The notes: generated by a model from the sequence alone, not told the origin. A stretch of 64,000 nucleotides of DNA from a bacterium (GCA_030693425.1 JAUYAM010000002.1:384632-448631), one strand, 5' to 3'; shown: positions 10,045 through 19,580, counted from the first letter of the stretch. Translations and numbers: made by a program.

Positions 10045-10431
10045 TTAGGGAATGAGTTTTAAGCGCAGATTTTTAAAGTGTTTATCGAAACCGAAAACCG
10101 GTAAATCTAGTTTTTGAGCAAGGAAAATAACAGCCGCATCAACATAGTCAATTTGCCTCCCTATGTTTTTGTAGTGTTCCCATATCTGTTTTTCTTTTTC
10201 TTCATCAAAATGAACGATTTTGACAGCCTGAGAATTCCTTAGTTTATCAATAATCTTTATTGTCAGCTGCTTCCCCTCTCTGTGGTGCAATAAAGCAATC
10301 AATTCTTCAAGAACTGGATAGGGTAAAACTAAATAAGGCCGGCTATTCAAAAACTTCACCGCCAACTCGTGAAATTTATCTCGCTTCAAAACAAAAGCAT
10401 ACCAGCCGCTTGTATCTAAAACAGCTTCCAT
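10045..10431 (-). CDS. vapC: PIN-domain toxin (VapC-like)
   Basis: LDTSGW N-terminal acidic motif; about 128 aa; follows the RHH antitoxin with a 4-nt gap. Confidence 0.8.
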   Translation of the reverse strand: MEAVLDTSGWYAFVLKRDKFHELAVKFLNSRPYLVLPYPVLEELIALLHHREGKQLTIKIIDKLRNSQAVKIVHFDEEKEKQIWEHYKNIGRQIDYVDAAVIFLAQKLDLPVFGFDKHFKNLRLKLIP

Positions 10432-10435
10432 CTTG

Positions 10436-10711
10436 TTATTTTTTGTAGAGACGGCTAATATATTTGCTTATATTTTCTGACATATCCCGCGGGCCTCTCT
10501 TGATTATCCCCGCTAATCCCATCAAATCGTCCCAATCGTGCTTCTGGCTTTCCCTCTCGCTCATTGAAAAAACCTTCGCTCTTAAAGCGCCTCTGATGAC
10601 CGCTGCCATAGATAAACCTCTTTGCTTGGCAGTTTTTTTTAAGGCCGAATACATCTCTTCGGGCAAATAAATTTGCGTTCTCCTTGCGGAAATAGAATTA
10701 ACGTTTGCCAT
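10436..10711 (-). CDS. vapB: Ribbon-helix-helix antitoxin (VapB/CopG-like)
   Basis: RTQIYLPEEMYSALKKTAKQRGLSMAAVIRGAL RHH pattern. Confidence 0.75.
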   Translation of the reverse strand: MANVNSISARRTQIYLPEEMYSALKKTAKQRGLSMAAVIRGALRAKVFSMSERESQKHDWDDLMGLAGIIKRGPRDMSENISKYISRLYKK

Positions 10712-10717
10712 ACTTCC

Positions 10718-10746
10718 ACATTAATGTATATACAGTACTCTGTCAA
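10718..10746 (-). promoter_or_regulatory. Sigma-70-like promoter of vapBC; transcript predicted leaderless
   Basis: Minus strand TTGACA-17 nt-TAATGT; -10 ends 6 nt before the vapB ATG; palindrome TGTATATACA in the spacer. Confidence 0.55.
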
Positions 10747-10750
10747 CCCC

Positions 10751-10780
10751 ATGTACTGGTTCATGACATATGATACACTT
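10751..10780 (+). repeat. 30-nt box ATGTACTGGTTCATGACATATGATACACTT (copy 1 of 2)
   Basis: Identical 30-mer at 47070-47099. Confidence 0.85.
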
Positions 10781-10810
10781 AGCGCTTTAAAAAAGTCAGG
10801 CATAGGACGT

Positions 10811-10833
10811 GTGCTTAACCTGGTTAAGCAACT
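10811..10833. repeat. Palindrome GTGCTTAACC-T-GGTTAAGCAACT (GTTAAGCAACT box family)
   Basis: Same palindrome family at 47124-47148 and 47177-47201; half-site at 30024-30035. Confidence 0.8.
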
Positions 10834-10917
10834 AGTAAGAAAATGGAAAATAGTTAATAGAAAATAGAAATTTGAAATTAGTGACCATTTTCTAATATAA
10901 CCAATTTCTTGTAGTCC

Positions 10918-10936
10918 ATTGACGACTGTCGTCAAT
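10918..10936. repeat. Palindrome ATTGACGACTGTCGTCAAT (copy 1 of 2)
   Basis: TTGACGACTGTCGTCAA also at 21272-21288. Confidence 0.85.
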
Positions 10937-10953
10937 GAGAGCATAAGTCAATA

Positions 10954-11340
10954 TTAATTTCTTGCTGGGAAACCTCTAACAGTATCTCCCTTATCATCGT
11001 TAATGGCGTTCATGTCAATCAACAAAATATCTGTTAAGGCCCGCACCTCATGGTAAATATATGGGTCTATCTTAAACATGACTGGACTGGCACAGGTTTT
11101 CCTGAATTGTTCTCCGGTTTTCACATTCTTTAAGACAATCTGAAATTTACCGTCTATAATTACCATCGTTTCAGGATTTTTCATCCGGCTCTTACCCGTA
11201 TGAAAATGCCTACCGCTTACGCTTCCTTTTTTCCTTTTGGCCAAAAGTAACTTGGAAGAATTGCGGTTATCAAACTGAAAAGTCGATCCCCTGGCGTCTT
11301 TTTTAACCAGCTTTAGTTTGATTATTTCTACTCCTTCCAT
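10954..11340 (-). CDS. Cupin-fold protein (WxcM/FdtA-like)
   Basis: GRHFHTGKS...ETMVIIDGKF cupin-like motifs; 128 aa. Confidence 0.45.
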   Translation of the reverse strand: MEGVEIIKLKLVKKDARGSTFQFDNRNSSKLLLAKRKKGSVSGRHFHTGKSRMKNPETMVIIDGKFQIVLKNVKTGEQFRKTCASPVMFKIDPYIYHEVRALTDILLIDMNAINDDKGDTVRGFPARN

Positions 11341-11358
11341 AAATTAAAGATTTTAACA

Positions 11359-12138
11359 CTAAATCGGGTTAGGAATATCAATAAACTCGACCTTCAGGCG
11401 ATCTTTGAATCTCGCTTTAATCCTTCTGCCAAGCTCCTGGATTCCGAAAACCTCGGTGTTGTAGTGGCCGCAGACAAAATAATTAATGCCTGATTCTTTC
11501 ATTTTATGAGGAGAATCTTCGTGTGTTTCTCCACTGATAAAAAGCTCCACTCCTTGCTCCTCCATTGCCGCCACATTCTCAACATTCGGTTTAGCGCCGC
11601 CGGAAACAACGGCAATAGTTTTGATCGGTTTAGAATTAGCCAGAAACGCGGAAATCTCGTGATTAAAAATTTTAGCGCATTTGTTTTTAAGCGCGGCCGA
11701 AGATTGCGGTCTGGCAAATTTGGCGACGAAACCCCAACCCTCTCCCCAGAACTGACCGATAATTTTCGCCCCCAATCTTTTGATGATCGTGGCGTTATTG
11801 CCGATTTGCGGATGAGCATCCAAACAAAAATGAAAGCTGGCAATGGTTAAGTCGTTTTTGAAAATAAGCCGCAGCCTTTTCTGCGCCGAAAGCGAAAAGC
11901 GCGACTTGAAGACTCTCGGGTCAAAACCATGATGAAAAATGCAAAAATCTGCGCCGCGTTTCACCGCTTCTTTTAAGAACTCTTCGTTCAAGCTGGCGCC
12001 CAAGGCAACTCTGTTGACTTGCTCTTTGCCCAGAATCTGGACGCCGTTGGCGACTTCGTCAATCTTGGCCGCTTTTTCCAGCAGGCCCTTGCCAATGATT
12101 TGATAAATGAATTTTATTATTTCGTCGCGTTTGACCAT
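11359..12138 (-). CDS. Nif3-like dinuclear metal centre protein
   Basis: ADFCIFHHGF and CGHYNTE His motifs; about 260 aa. Confidence 0.8.
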   Translation of the reverse strand: MVKRDEIIKFIYQIIGKGLLEKAAKIDEVANGVQILGKEQVNRVALGASLNEEFLKEAVKRGADFCIFHHGFDPRVFKSRFSLSAQKRLRLIFKNDLTIASFHFCLDAHPQIGNNATIIKRLGAKIIGQFWGEGWGFVAKFARPQSSAALKNKCAKIFNHEISAFLANSKPIKTIAVVSGGAKPNVENVAAMEEQGVELFISGETHEDSPHKMKESGINYFVCGHYNTEVFGIQELGRRIKARFKDRLKVEFIDIPNPI

Positions 12139-12250
12139 CTTTTATGAGTTAATTTGCATAGTTTATAATACTCCGGATTTTCAACTTTGTCATATTTTTT
12201 CTCATAGAAAGTTTTGCGGATTTTTGCTAAAATGATCTATTCAACCGAAC

Positions 12251-12841
12251 ATGAAATACGTATTTTTCGACATCGATTTTACCCTTTTTGACTGCCGCAA
12301 GTTCGAAAGAATGGTTTTTGCAAAGCTTAAAAAAGATCTTTTTAGTTTTTCTCTTCGGGCGCTGAAAAAGGATTTGAAAGCTGCGCGGCATTTTATCACC
12401 ACCACGCCGGAAAAGATCGACGCCTCGCAGCTGACAGGTTCCTTTCTCGACCCCGCCTATTACCAAAAAGCTCTTTTCCCCGATGCTCTGCCGGCCCTGC
12501 AGGCTCTCAAAAATACGGCAAAGCTCGGCGCTTGGTCTGAAGCTAATCCCAAAAAACAGATGATAAAACTAAAGCTGTCCGGCCTGATAAACTTTTTTGA
12601 ACCCGAACTCCTTTACCTCTCGAGGCGGAAATTCAGGCTCGTAAAAAAGATCGTTGATTCCTGCGGCCTGGAAAACGTGATTTTTGTCGACAACAAGCCA
12701 AAACTGATCAAGAAGCTTTCTGGTCTTGGAATCCAATCGTTCCTGATAGACCGTTTTAACACACAACCGGCAAAGGTCCCGACCATAAGAACCCTTGCTT
12801 CCCTGCCGGACCTGCCTATCCTATTCTCGGAAAAGAAATGA
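12251..12841 (+). CDS. HAD-superfamily hydrolase
   Basis: Motif I FFDIDFTLFD. Confidence 0.7.
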   Translation: MKYVFFDIDFTLFDCRKFERMVFAKLKKDLFSFSLRALKKDLKAARHFITTTPEKIDASQLTGSFLDPAYYQKALFPDALPALQALKNTAKLGAWSEANPKKQMIKLKLSGLINFFEPELLYLSRRKFRLVKKIVDSCGLENVIFVDNKPKLIKKLSGLGIQSFLIDRFNTQPAKVPTIRTLASLPDLPILFSEKK

Positions 12842-13607
12842 CGTCTTTTGAAAACAGATAGTAGCCGGCCACGATCGCTCCGTAATGCAAAAAATAGTAG
12901 GCGGCGGCCAAAGAAAGAGTGGTTTTGCTTGATAAAAGGAGAATTCCGCAAGCCAGCCAGACGGAAAGACCGATTAAGCGCAGCCAGCGGCCAAGGCCGC
13001 TTTTTTTGTAATCTGGTTCTTCGTGGTCAACCTTGAGAGTCAGGCAGGAAAACAATCCCATCCAAATCATCAAAAGAATCGGCCAGAAATCAAGAATCCT
13101 GCCGCCGGCGAGAAAAAGGCCCAAGGCGAATTTGGCCGGATGGGTTATGCTGGTGACAAAATAGGCTAGAAACAAATTTATTCTTTTGAGAACCAGGGTG
13201 TGTAGGACGTTGGCGATCAGAAAGAAAAACCAAAACCACAGAGCCTGCCTCAAAAACAGCCAAGTCGCCAGAAAAGAGGCGGTAATGAGAAGGACAATCG
13301 CTGCCATGGCTGTCTTTTCCCCGATCAGACCGCGGGCAAAAACCCGGTCGTTTTTTAAACCATTTTTCTTGTCCTCCTCTGCATCGAAATAATTGTTAAA
13401 GCCGTACAAGCCGCAATAAAGAAGGAAAAAGAAAATCAGCCAGGCTTTTAGAAAAAGCAGGGTGTCGGGAAGGCCAAAATCTGCGCCTTTGACCACCAGC
13501 ATGCCAATCAAAACATGGACAAAGTTAAGCGCCCTATGGACGCGAAGAAACTTCAATAGATTTACGACTTTGACTGTAGAAAGGCTTTTCACTTTAAGTT
13601 GCGGCAA
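12816..13607 (-). CDS. UbiA-family prenyltransferase
   Basis: NNYFDAEEDKKN (NxxxDxxxD); multi-TM. Confidence 0.75.
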   Translation of the reverse strand: MPQLKVKSLSTVKVVNLLKFLRVHRALNFVHVLIGMLVVKGADFGLPDTLLFLKAWLIFFFLLYCGLYGFNNYFDAEEDKKNGLKNDRVFARGLIGEKTAMAAIVLLITASFLATWLFLRQALWFWFFFLIANVLHTLVLKRINLFLAYFVTSITHPAKFALGLFLAGGRILDFWPILLMIWMGLFSCLTLKVDHEEPDYKKSGLGRWLRLIGLSVWLACGILLLSSKTTLSLAAAYYFLHYGAIVAGYYLFSKDVISFPRIG

Positions 13608-14766
13608 GGAAATAATTCTTGAGCCGGGAAATCTGCCAGATCAAAACCGTGTTCAGAGTCAGAATAACGACGAAAATCAAGATCAAAGCGTTGCCTCCCA
13701 GAAAAATCCCGCCCATAATCGCCACCAAAGAAGCGCCTAAGATAGTGACAATATTATCCATGGCCACGCCCACGACCGCGTCTCCCAAACGGCCCTTAGG
13801 ATTAACGGAAAAATTATGGATGACAATCATTTCGCCCAAGCAACCGATGACGCCGGCTAAAACTCCGGCGATGACAAAAGGAATGCCGGTTATTTCACAA
13901 AAAACCTCAATCGCTCTGACCATACTCTCGGCCACAAATAGTATAGTCGCTCCCGCTGCCAATAAACTAGACCAAAGCGTGAAAGCTGACCTGTGCCGGT
14001 AATAATTTTCCTCCTCCTCACTTTTAGAATCTGTCCGCCTCTTGTTTTTGCGGAAACGATAAAGCACAAACACGGCCAGAGCGAAAACCGCAAAGCCGAC
14101 CGGCTTTATCAGCTGGTAAAGGTCGCCGGCAAAACCAGGGGGCGGATTTTTAATCTGGCCGAATAAAACCATGCTCATGGCCACGACCGCGGTCAAAAGA
14201 GTCAGGGCGTTGGAAACATCTATGGCAACGTCAAACTCGGCTAGACTCGGCTTTAAATGGTGTTGATTTATGGGCAAGACGCTTCCGCCTTTTTTGGAAA
14301 AAGGAAACATTAAAACCGCATTATTTTGGGCGTTGGCCAGATTCTGCCTGAAAATGCACCAGGCCGCGTGCCCGATGTTATAAATATTAGATCCAAAAGT
14401 GGTAGCCGCGGCAATGATGGCAAAATTGACCGCCCGGGCATAATCAGTGTTCTTGAGGCGCAGACTCACCAAAGCGGCGATCACGCCCAAGACCATGTCC
14501 GGGAAAGCGGTGCCGAACGACTGTAAGAGCCCGCCTGCCAGCTTGGTTTTTTCCGAAAGCACCTCGGTTGTCTCTTCAATGACTTTGGCCGTGCCCCTCA
14601 AAACAAAAGCGCTGCCCGCTCCCAAGATTATTATGACGGCGGCCAGCTTCACGAAAAAGTTGTCGTAAGCAAAAAATCCGACAAAGACAAATCTCAAAAC
14701 AAGGGCGGCCGCGGCCAAAGAAGTAATGTATAAAAATCTGTTAGTTTTCATCCTATTTCCTTTCAA
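13594..14766 (-). CDS. Polytopic membrane protein, cation/Ca2+ exchanger-like
   Basis: About 10 predicted TM segments; GTAFPDM alpha-repeat-like motif. Confidence 0.4.
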   Translation of the reverse strand: MKGNRMKTNRFLYITSLAAAALVLRFVFVGFFAYDNFFVKLAAVIIILGAGSAFVLRGTAKVIEETTEVLSEKTKLAGGLLQSFGTAFPDMVLGVIAALVSLRLKNTDYARAVNFAIIAAATTFGSNIYNIGHAAWCIFRQNLANAQNNAVLMFPFSKKGGSVLPINQHHLKPSLAEFDVAIDVSNALTLLTAVVAMSMVLFGQIKNPPPGFAGDLYQLIKPVGFAVFALAVFVLYRFRKNKRRTDSKSEEEENYYRHRSAFTLWSSLLAAGATILFVAESMVRAIEVFCEITGIPFVIAGVLAGVIGCLGEMIVIHNFSVNPKGRLGDAVVGVAMDNIVTILGASLVAIMGGIFLGGNALILIFVVILTLNTVLIWQISRLKNYFLAAT

Positions 14767-15676
14767 AATGCTCTTTTAAATATAGGGCTAAAACCTTCCT
14801 GAAAATCAATTTTTCAGTTATGGCAACGTTATTCTTAAACTCTACGCCGGAAACTGCTTTCAGTAAATCTCGGGTTTTCGCTTCCCCGCAGACAAAAATA
14901 TCAATTAATTTTTCCAAATCAATAATTACAAGGAAAATAAAATCTGTTTTCAATTTATTTTTAAGCTCTGCGAGCTTATCAATAATTTCTTGTTCACGAT
15001 CTCGCACCAAAACCTCCCCGTTAACAATCTCTAACTGGGCGATAACGACTTTTCTGCCGGCAAACTCAAATTGCTTCAAATCGTTTTCAATCGCCCGCCC
15101 CAGTTTTTCTCCGACCAAATCCGACTTCGCCAAAAATACCTCTTGGAGAAAACTTTTTGGAAAATCGCATTTCCCTTTCAGCCATTCAAAAATGTCTTTG
15201 TCTCGCTGGATAGCGTCGGGCGCCTGAAAATTAATAGTGTGATAAACGATTGCCGCAGAGAGTAATTTGGCCGCCTCGCTGGAAATCTCAACGCCGCTTT
15301 TGGCGATTTTTTCCGCGACCAACGTCGCCGAAGCGCCGATTGTCTCCACCAAAAACTTGGCGTTGGGAAAAGTGGTAAAATCATTAACTTGGCGATGATC
15401 AATTACCTCAATCACTTTCTGCGGATCGATGTTTTTATCCAACCGTTTCAAATCACTGACGTCAACCAAAACAATTTGCTCAAAATCGCCATAATTCTCC
15501 AAAGACGAAGGCAAATTAATTCCGAATTTTTGGGCAGCGAATTTCACTTCTGTCTGATACTCGCCGAAAAAGCCCGCTGTAGCGGGTTTTCCGGTTTTAT
15601 TCAAAAATTCGGCATAGGCAATCGCCGCAGAAAATCCGTCCAAATCGGGATTAATATAAGTGGTGACTAAAATCAT
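14753..15676 (-). CDS. DHH/DHHA2 family phosphoesterase (family II pyrophosphatase-like)
   Basis: NPDLDGFSAAIAY, VLVDVSD, IDHRQ motifs. Confidence 0.7.
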   Translation of the reverse strand: MILVTTYINPDLDGFSAAIAYAEFLNKTGKPATAGFFGEYQTEVKFAAQKFGINLPSSLENYGDFEQIVLVDVSDLKRLDKNIDPQKVIEVIDHRQVNDFTTFPNAKFLVETIGASATLVAEKIAKSGVEISSEAAKLLSAAIVYHTINFQAPDAIQRDKDIFEWLKGKCDFPKSFLQEVFLAKSDLVGEKLGRAIENDLKQFEFAGRKVVIAQLEIVNGEVLVRDREQEIIDKLAELKNKLKTDFIFLVIIDLEKLIDIFVCGEAKTRDLLKAVSGVEFKNNVAITEKLIFRKVLALYLKEHFERK

Positions 15677-15677
15677 T

Positions 15678-16223
15678 TTATTCTAAGTTATACTCCCAGC
15701 CGGGTTGCCGCGCCTTTCTTTTTCTCCAATCCTCGGTAAACGCCTGCTCCCAAGTCTTATTTTTTAACAAAACATCTAAGGCGAGCTGCGGGGCTTTGTG
15801 GGCGACAATGGCAATGGTCTTACCGTCATAATTTTCTTTCAGAAAATTGAGAAAATCAGCCAGCCGGCTTTTAACGTCTTCATAACTTTCGCCTGCGGGA
15901 AACTTTTCAACAATGCATTTCTCCTGCATCGGTTCGACAATCGTTGACGGTTTAGCATTATAATCGCCATAATTGCACTCTCGCAACCTTTTGTCTTGAA
16001 CAATCGGCGCCGTCCCCTCAAAAGTCAATCTTGCCGACTCAACCGCTCTTTTCAGATCAGAACAAAAGACAACATCAAAACGCCTATCTTTAATTTTATC
16101 TTTCAAATCAATCGATTGCCGAACTCCCAATTCGGAAAGCTCAACATCATACCAACCCGAAGAAATACCCTTTTCATTGTCCGTCGTCGTTCCATGAACG
16201 AAATAAATAAGCTTAACCGCCAT
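15678..16223 (-). CDS. Histidine phosphatase superfamily protein (RHG variant VHG)
   Basis: FVHGTTTDN, CSDLKRAVESA, VAHKAP motifs. Confidence 0.6.
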   Translation of the reverse strand: MAVKLIYFVHGTTTDNEKGISSGWYDVELSELGVRQSIDLKDKIKDRRFDVVFCSDLKRAVESARLTFEGTAPIVQDKRLRECNYGDYNAKPSTIVEPMQEKCIVEKFPAGESYEDVKSRLADFLNFLKENYDGKTIAIVAHKAPQLALDVLLKNKTWEQAFTEDWRKRKARQPGWEYNLE

Positions 16224-16800
16224 AAGTTTTACGAATTATTCTTTTATGATATACAGCGCCCGTGAGTAAAACACCAATTAAAAAAAGATAGATATTAAAA
16301 GCGTATTCCGAAAACATCCAATTTTTTACCGCTATCAAGCCGGTCAAAGCGCTGAAGGCGCTTGTCAAATAAATAAGGCCTGACTCTGTTTCCGGACGTT
16401 GCCAGGCTTTAATTAAAGTCGGCATCCCGGCGAAAGCATCGCTGACAATAGCAAAAACAATGGCGATATTTGGATTTTTGGTAATAGCCCATAAAACTAA
16501 AGCCAAAATTGAGAAAAGGCCGCAGATATAATCAAATATTTGAAGTTTCCAATAAGCGTTTGGGTTAACAAAAGAAACTAGAAATATTATTAAAGGAAAA
16601 AAACCGGCTGTGAAAACCGGCAAAATGGCCCAACCAACGCCGTCAGAAAGACCGGCGGCAAAAGCAATCAAAGGAGCGACGGCCCACATCAGCCAAGTGA
16701 TTCTATTCGGCTTTGTCCGGCCGGCCAAAGTTCCTTTTATATAGGCCAAAGCACCAAACAAAGTGGCGGCAGCGCCGACAAAAACTAGGTATTGAAACAT
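16213..16800 (-). CDS. Integral membrane protein, unknown function
   Basis: About 6 hydrophobic segments; no motif recognised. Confidence 0.5.
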   Translation of the reverse strand: MFQYLVFVGAAATLFGALAYIKGTLAGRTKPNRITWLMWAVAPLIAFAAGLSDGVGWAILPVFTAGFFPLIIFLVSFVNPNAYWKLQIFDYICGLFSILALVLWAITKNPNIAIVFAIVSDAFAGMPTLIKAWQRPETESGLIYLTSAFSALTGLIAVKNWMFSEYAFNIYLFLIGVLLTGAVYHKRIIRKTYGG

Positions 16801-16824
16801 ATTAGCCTGTGACTGCTAAAGATT

Positions 16825-18516
16825 TTAATCGCCAGACCCAATGGTCAAGGAATTGTTAGATTTAGACGCCTCAAGGATCTCGTTGTTGGGATCTAAAAGA
16901 AACTCGATCTTTTTTGGCGCGGCTGGAAAAGTCGTTCGGTAAAAAACAGTGGCTGTTTCGCCGGCTTTTAAGCCCGGTAATCTTCCGGAAACTTGAGATA
17001 TGTAATCTGCCAGCCAGTAATATTTAAACTCTTGGATAGAAGCCGGACCCCGATTAACAACCTTAGCAGCATAAACAACGCTGTCACCCGCCTTGAGGGA
17101 CGTTTTAGGATTTCTATCAATAGAAAGGACTTGCCAATCAAGAACCGGAACGGCAAAAGCAGAAACTGTCAAAGATTTCTCGGCGGCCAAACCGCCCCTT
17201 TCCGCCCTCGCCCAAAGTAAATACGTGCCCAAGACAGAATAATCGCAAATATCAGAAATTATTATTGAATCCTCGGACGCTTTGGGAAAAACCTTGTCCC
17301 AAATGCCGTCTGAAGCGCAATCGAGCTTGTAAGTGATCGGGCCAACGGTATTCCCGGAAACAACCAGGCTGACATCTGCTCCGTTTAAAGGAATCTGCCC
17401 TGCCAATCCCTCTTGCCAAGCCTGGCCGTCCAAAGCGGCTTTCAAATCTAGAAAAAGCGTCGGCAAGGGCAAAACCTCGACTTCAACCATGGCTTCGTCT
17501 GAACCGCCCAGGCCGGCGCAAGTCAGCTTGAATTTCTTTGAGCTGGTCAGATTTTTAATTATTTCAGATCCCGAAACCCCTTTGTCGCCGCTCCAATCTC
17601 CCGAAGCAAGACAGCTTGTTGAGTCGGCAGTATTCCAGGAAAGAGTGACAGAATTATTGTAGTTCACCGTAATCGGGCCCCTTGAGTCGTTCACTCTCAG
17701 GTTCAGGGCCGGAGAAAAGGAAACGCCAAACCTCCGTAAGGCATAATCGCCAGCCAGAGAGCCGTTTTCAGCCCTTAATCGCCAATGATAAATCATGTCT
17801 CCCGAGAGCAGGCCGGGCGAAACTTCATAAGAAAGCTGGTTTAATGGCAACAATACATTAATCAAGGGGCTGGAAAAATCACTGTTGTCGTCAAGCTGGA
17901 GGCGGTATCCTTTGTTGTCGGGACATCCCCGGCCCCAGGAAGAAGGCGGACCCCAGGCGAGATCAAAAGAAAGGGGTAGACTGATAGCATTGTCTGCGGG
18001 CAGAGAAAGCGAGGGCGCAGAAGGAGAAAGCAAAACGCAAGCTCCAGCTGGCAAAGCAGCGTTCTTTTTCAAAAGCTTATTGAGCTTTGCCAAAGTCAAA
18101 TCATCAACCACGCCGCTTCCCTTAGACAATCCTTGGAGAGTCAAAATCTCATCGGCATATTTTTGCTGGAAGGCTGCCACTCCCTGCCGGGTGCCTTGGC
18201 CAAAATAGCCAGTGACAAAGCATTTTTTGCAGAAAAACCCTTCCTCTTTTAAAATAAGCTGCAGATTAACAATTTCTTGGCCGTAGTCGCCGATTTTTAA
18301 ACCGCCGGTAAAAACAAAATCAGGCGGAATCCCGCTTCTGCCATTCTGCCTGGCAATCTTAACTTGAGCATCAACAATCTGTTTCTTTAAAAGCGCGAGT
18401 TGTTTCTCGAAATCTTCGGTATCTGTAGCCAAAGCCTGGCCAGCTGCGCCCAAAAAAAGAGTTGAAAGAATAATAACGATTAAGCTGATTTGTTTTGCGG
18501 AAAGTTTATGAACCAT
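16825..18516 (-). CDS. Secreted protein: signal peptide, coiled coil, peptidoglycan-binding-like domain, Ig/CARDB-like C-terminus
   Basis: Start moved to MVHKLSAKQISLIVIIL (signal peptide) behind TATAAT. PG_binding_1-like GQEIVNLQLILKEEGFF..TGYFGQGT..AFQQKY. Confidence 0.75.
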   Translation of the reverse strand: MVHKLSAKQISLIVIILSTLFLGAAGQALATDTEDFEKQLALLKKQIVDAQVKIARQNGRSGIPPDFVFTGGLKIGDYGQEIVNLQLILKEEGFFCKKCFVTGYFGQGTRQGVAAFQQKYADEILTLQGLSKGSGVVDDLTLAKLNKLLKKNAALPAGACVLLSPSAPSLSLPADNAISLPLSFDLAWGPPSSWGRGCPDNKGYRLQLDDNSDFSSPLINVLLPLNQLSYEVSPGLLSGDMIYHWRLRAENGSLAGDYALRRFGVSFSPALNLRVNDSRGPITVNYNNSVTLSWNTADSTSCLASGDWSGDKGVSGSEIIKNLTSSKKFKLTCAGLGGSDEAMVEVEVLPLPTLFLDLKAALDGQAWQEGLAGQIPLNGADVSLVVSGNTVGPITYKLDCASDGIWDKVFPKASEDSIIISDICDYSVLGTYLLWARAERGGLAAEKSLTVSAFAVPVLDWQVLSIDRNPKTSLKAGDSVVYAAKVVNRGPASIQEFKYYWLADYISQVSGRLPGLKAGETATVFYRTTFPAAPKKIEFLLDPNNEILEASKSNNSLTIGSGD

Positions 18517-18562
18517 TGTTTGATTATAGCAGAACAAAAGACTGAGGCAAAAACAACAGATC

Positions 18563-18586
18563 AAAAAAATCGCCTTTCTGGCGATC
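18563..18586 (-). terminator. Junction module copy 1 (CGCC-AGAAA-GGCG hairpin + T-run)
   Basis: Minus strand GATCGCCAGAAAGGCGATTTTTTTGA; family also at 20313-20355, 24066-24131, 28151-28214, 37512-37557. Confidence 0.6.
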
Positions 18587-18609
18587 TTGATAACTAAAAA
18601 CGCTGGTTT

Positions 18610-19227
18610 TTACAGTTTTATTTGACCGATCGCTTTTTTGAAAAACTCTTCCATTTTCGCCTTGCCGATTTTCTCTCCCAAAAAGATAATCTCCGTGTCT
18701 TTGATATCTTTCAAATAAACCAGCTGTTCCAAAAACAATCTTGGCTCGAATTCTCTTCCATACTTTTTTTGACAGATATCAATTAACTTCGGCAATGTTA
18801 AATGTTTTCCCTTTAGGATAAAATAGAGGTCAACATAGTCTTTCTTCGTTGCTCTTCTTCCTAAAACGTATGCTTTGATAGCAGCGATCTCTTGCACAGA
18901 AAACAATTTTACGCCGTTATGCTCTTTCAGTTTGAAAATGATAGGAAAGGAATATTTGACAAAAGTTAAGTGAATACCGTTAAGAACCGCCGTCAACTGC
19001 TCCGGGTTGTTAACTATAATTTCCCTTTTATAATCTTTAAACGCTTTCTCTACTTCTTGAAGTAATCCTGGCGGTATTTTCTTATCGGAAAAAAAATCAA
19101 AATCTATTGAAAGGCGATGGCCAATTTGCAAAGCCAAAGCAGTGCCACCGGCAAGACAATATTCAGGAAAGTTCTTTAATCTCTCAAAGATTCTTTTTTG
19201 CTCTGATGTAATCGCTTCGAGATGCAT
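18610..19227 (-). CDS. Nucleotidyltransferase AbiEii/AbiGii-like toxin family protein
   Basis: GGTALALQIGHRLSIDFDFF motif typical of the family. Confidence 0.7.
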   Translation of the reverse strand: MHLEAITSEQKRIFERLKNFPEYCLAGGTALALQIGHRLSIDFDFFSDKKIPPGLLQEVEKAFKDYKREIIVNNPEQLTAVLNGIHLTFVKYSFPIIFKLKEHNGVKLFSVQEIAAIKAYVLGRRATKKDYVDLYFILKGKHLTLPKLIDICQKKYGREFEPRLFLEQLVYLKDIKDTEIIFLGEKIGKAKMEEFFKKAIGQIKL

Positions 19228-19504
19228 ATCTTAACTTATTAATTTTCAAAAGCAATTTTATCAATTTTAAAACCCGCGGCATAAAAGCGCTTTCGGGAAT
19301 CTCTTGGACAATTTCTTTAACCGTCTCCTTGCCATAATGCCTAACTAACCATTGCCAATGGCGCCAGCCGCCGTAATTAACAACCTGCAAAATAATCTCT
19401 TTTTTGTATTCCTCGAGGTCAATGACGCCGGGGTCCTGAATCCACCAAAAAAAGCGGCGAAAATCGGGTAAAGGTTTATTTTGTTCTGAAAATACCTTAG
19501 TCAT
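19184..19504 (-). CDS. Small protein overlapping the AbiEii-like gene by 44 nt (candidate cognate antitoxin)
   Basis: Position and overlap only; no motif recognised. Confidence 0.4.
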   Translation of the reverse strand: MTKVFSEQNKPLPDFRRFFWWIQDPGVIDLEEYKKEIILQVVNYGGWRHWQWLVRHYGKETVKEIVQEIPESAFMPRVLKLIKLLLKINKLRYASRSDYIRAKKNL

Positions 19505-19580
19505 ATTTATATTTTAACATAAAATTAGCGAAACGACAACTTCAAAACCGCTGCTCTGGCGGCTTTTGAACGCACTTCCC

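Noticed and set aside
18517-18564. 16-codon N-terminal extension of the 16825 gene (MICCFCLSLLFCYNQT)
   Set aside because: The extension covers the TATAAT box. The internal Met gives a canonical signal peptide.
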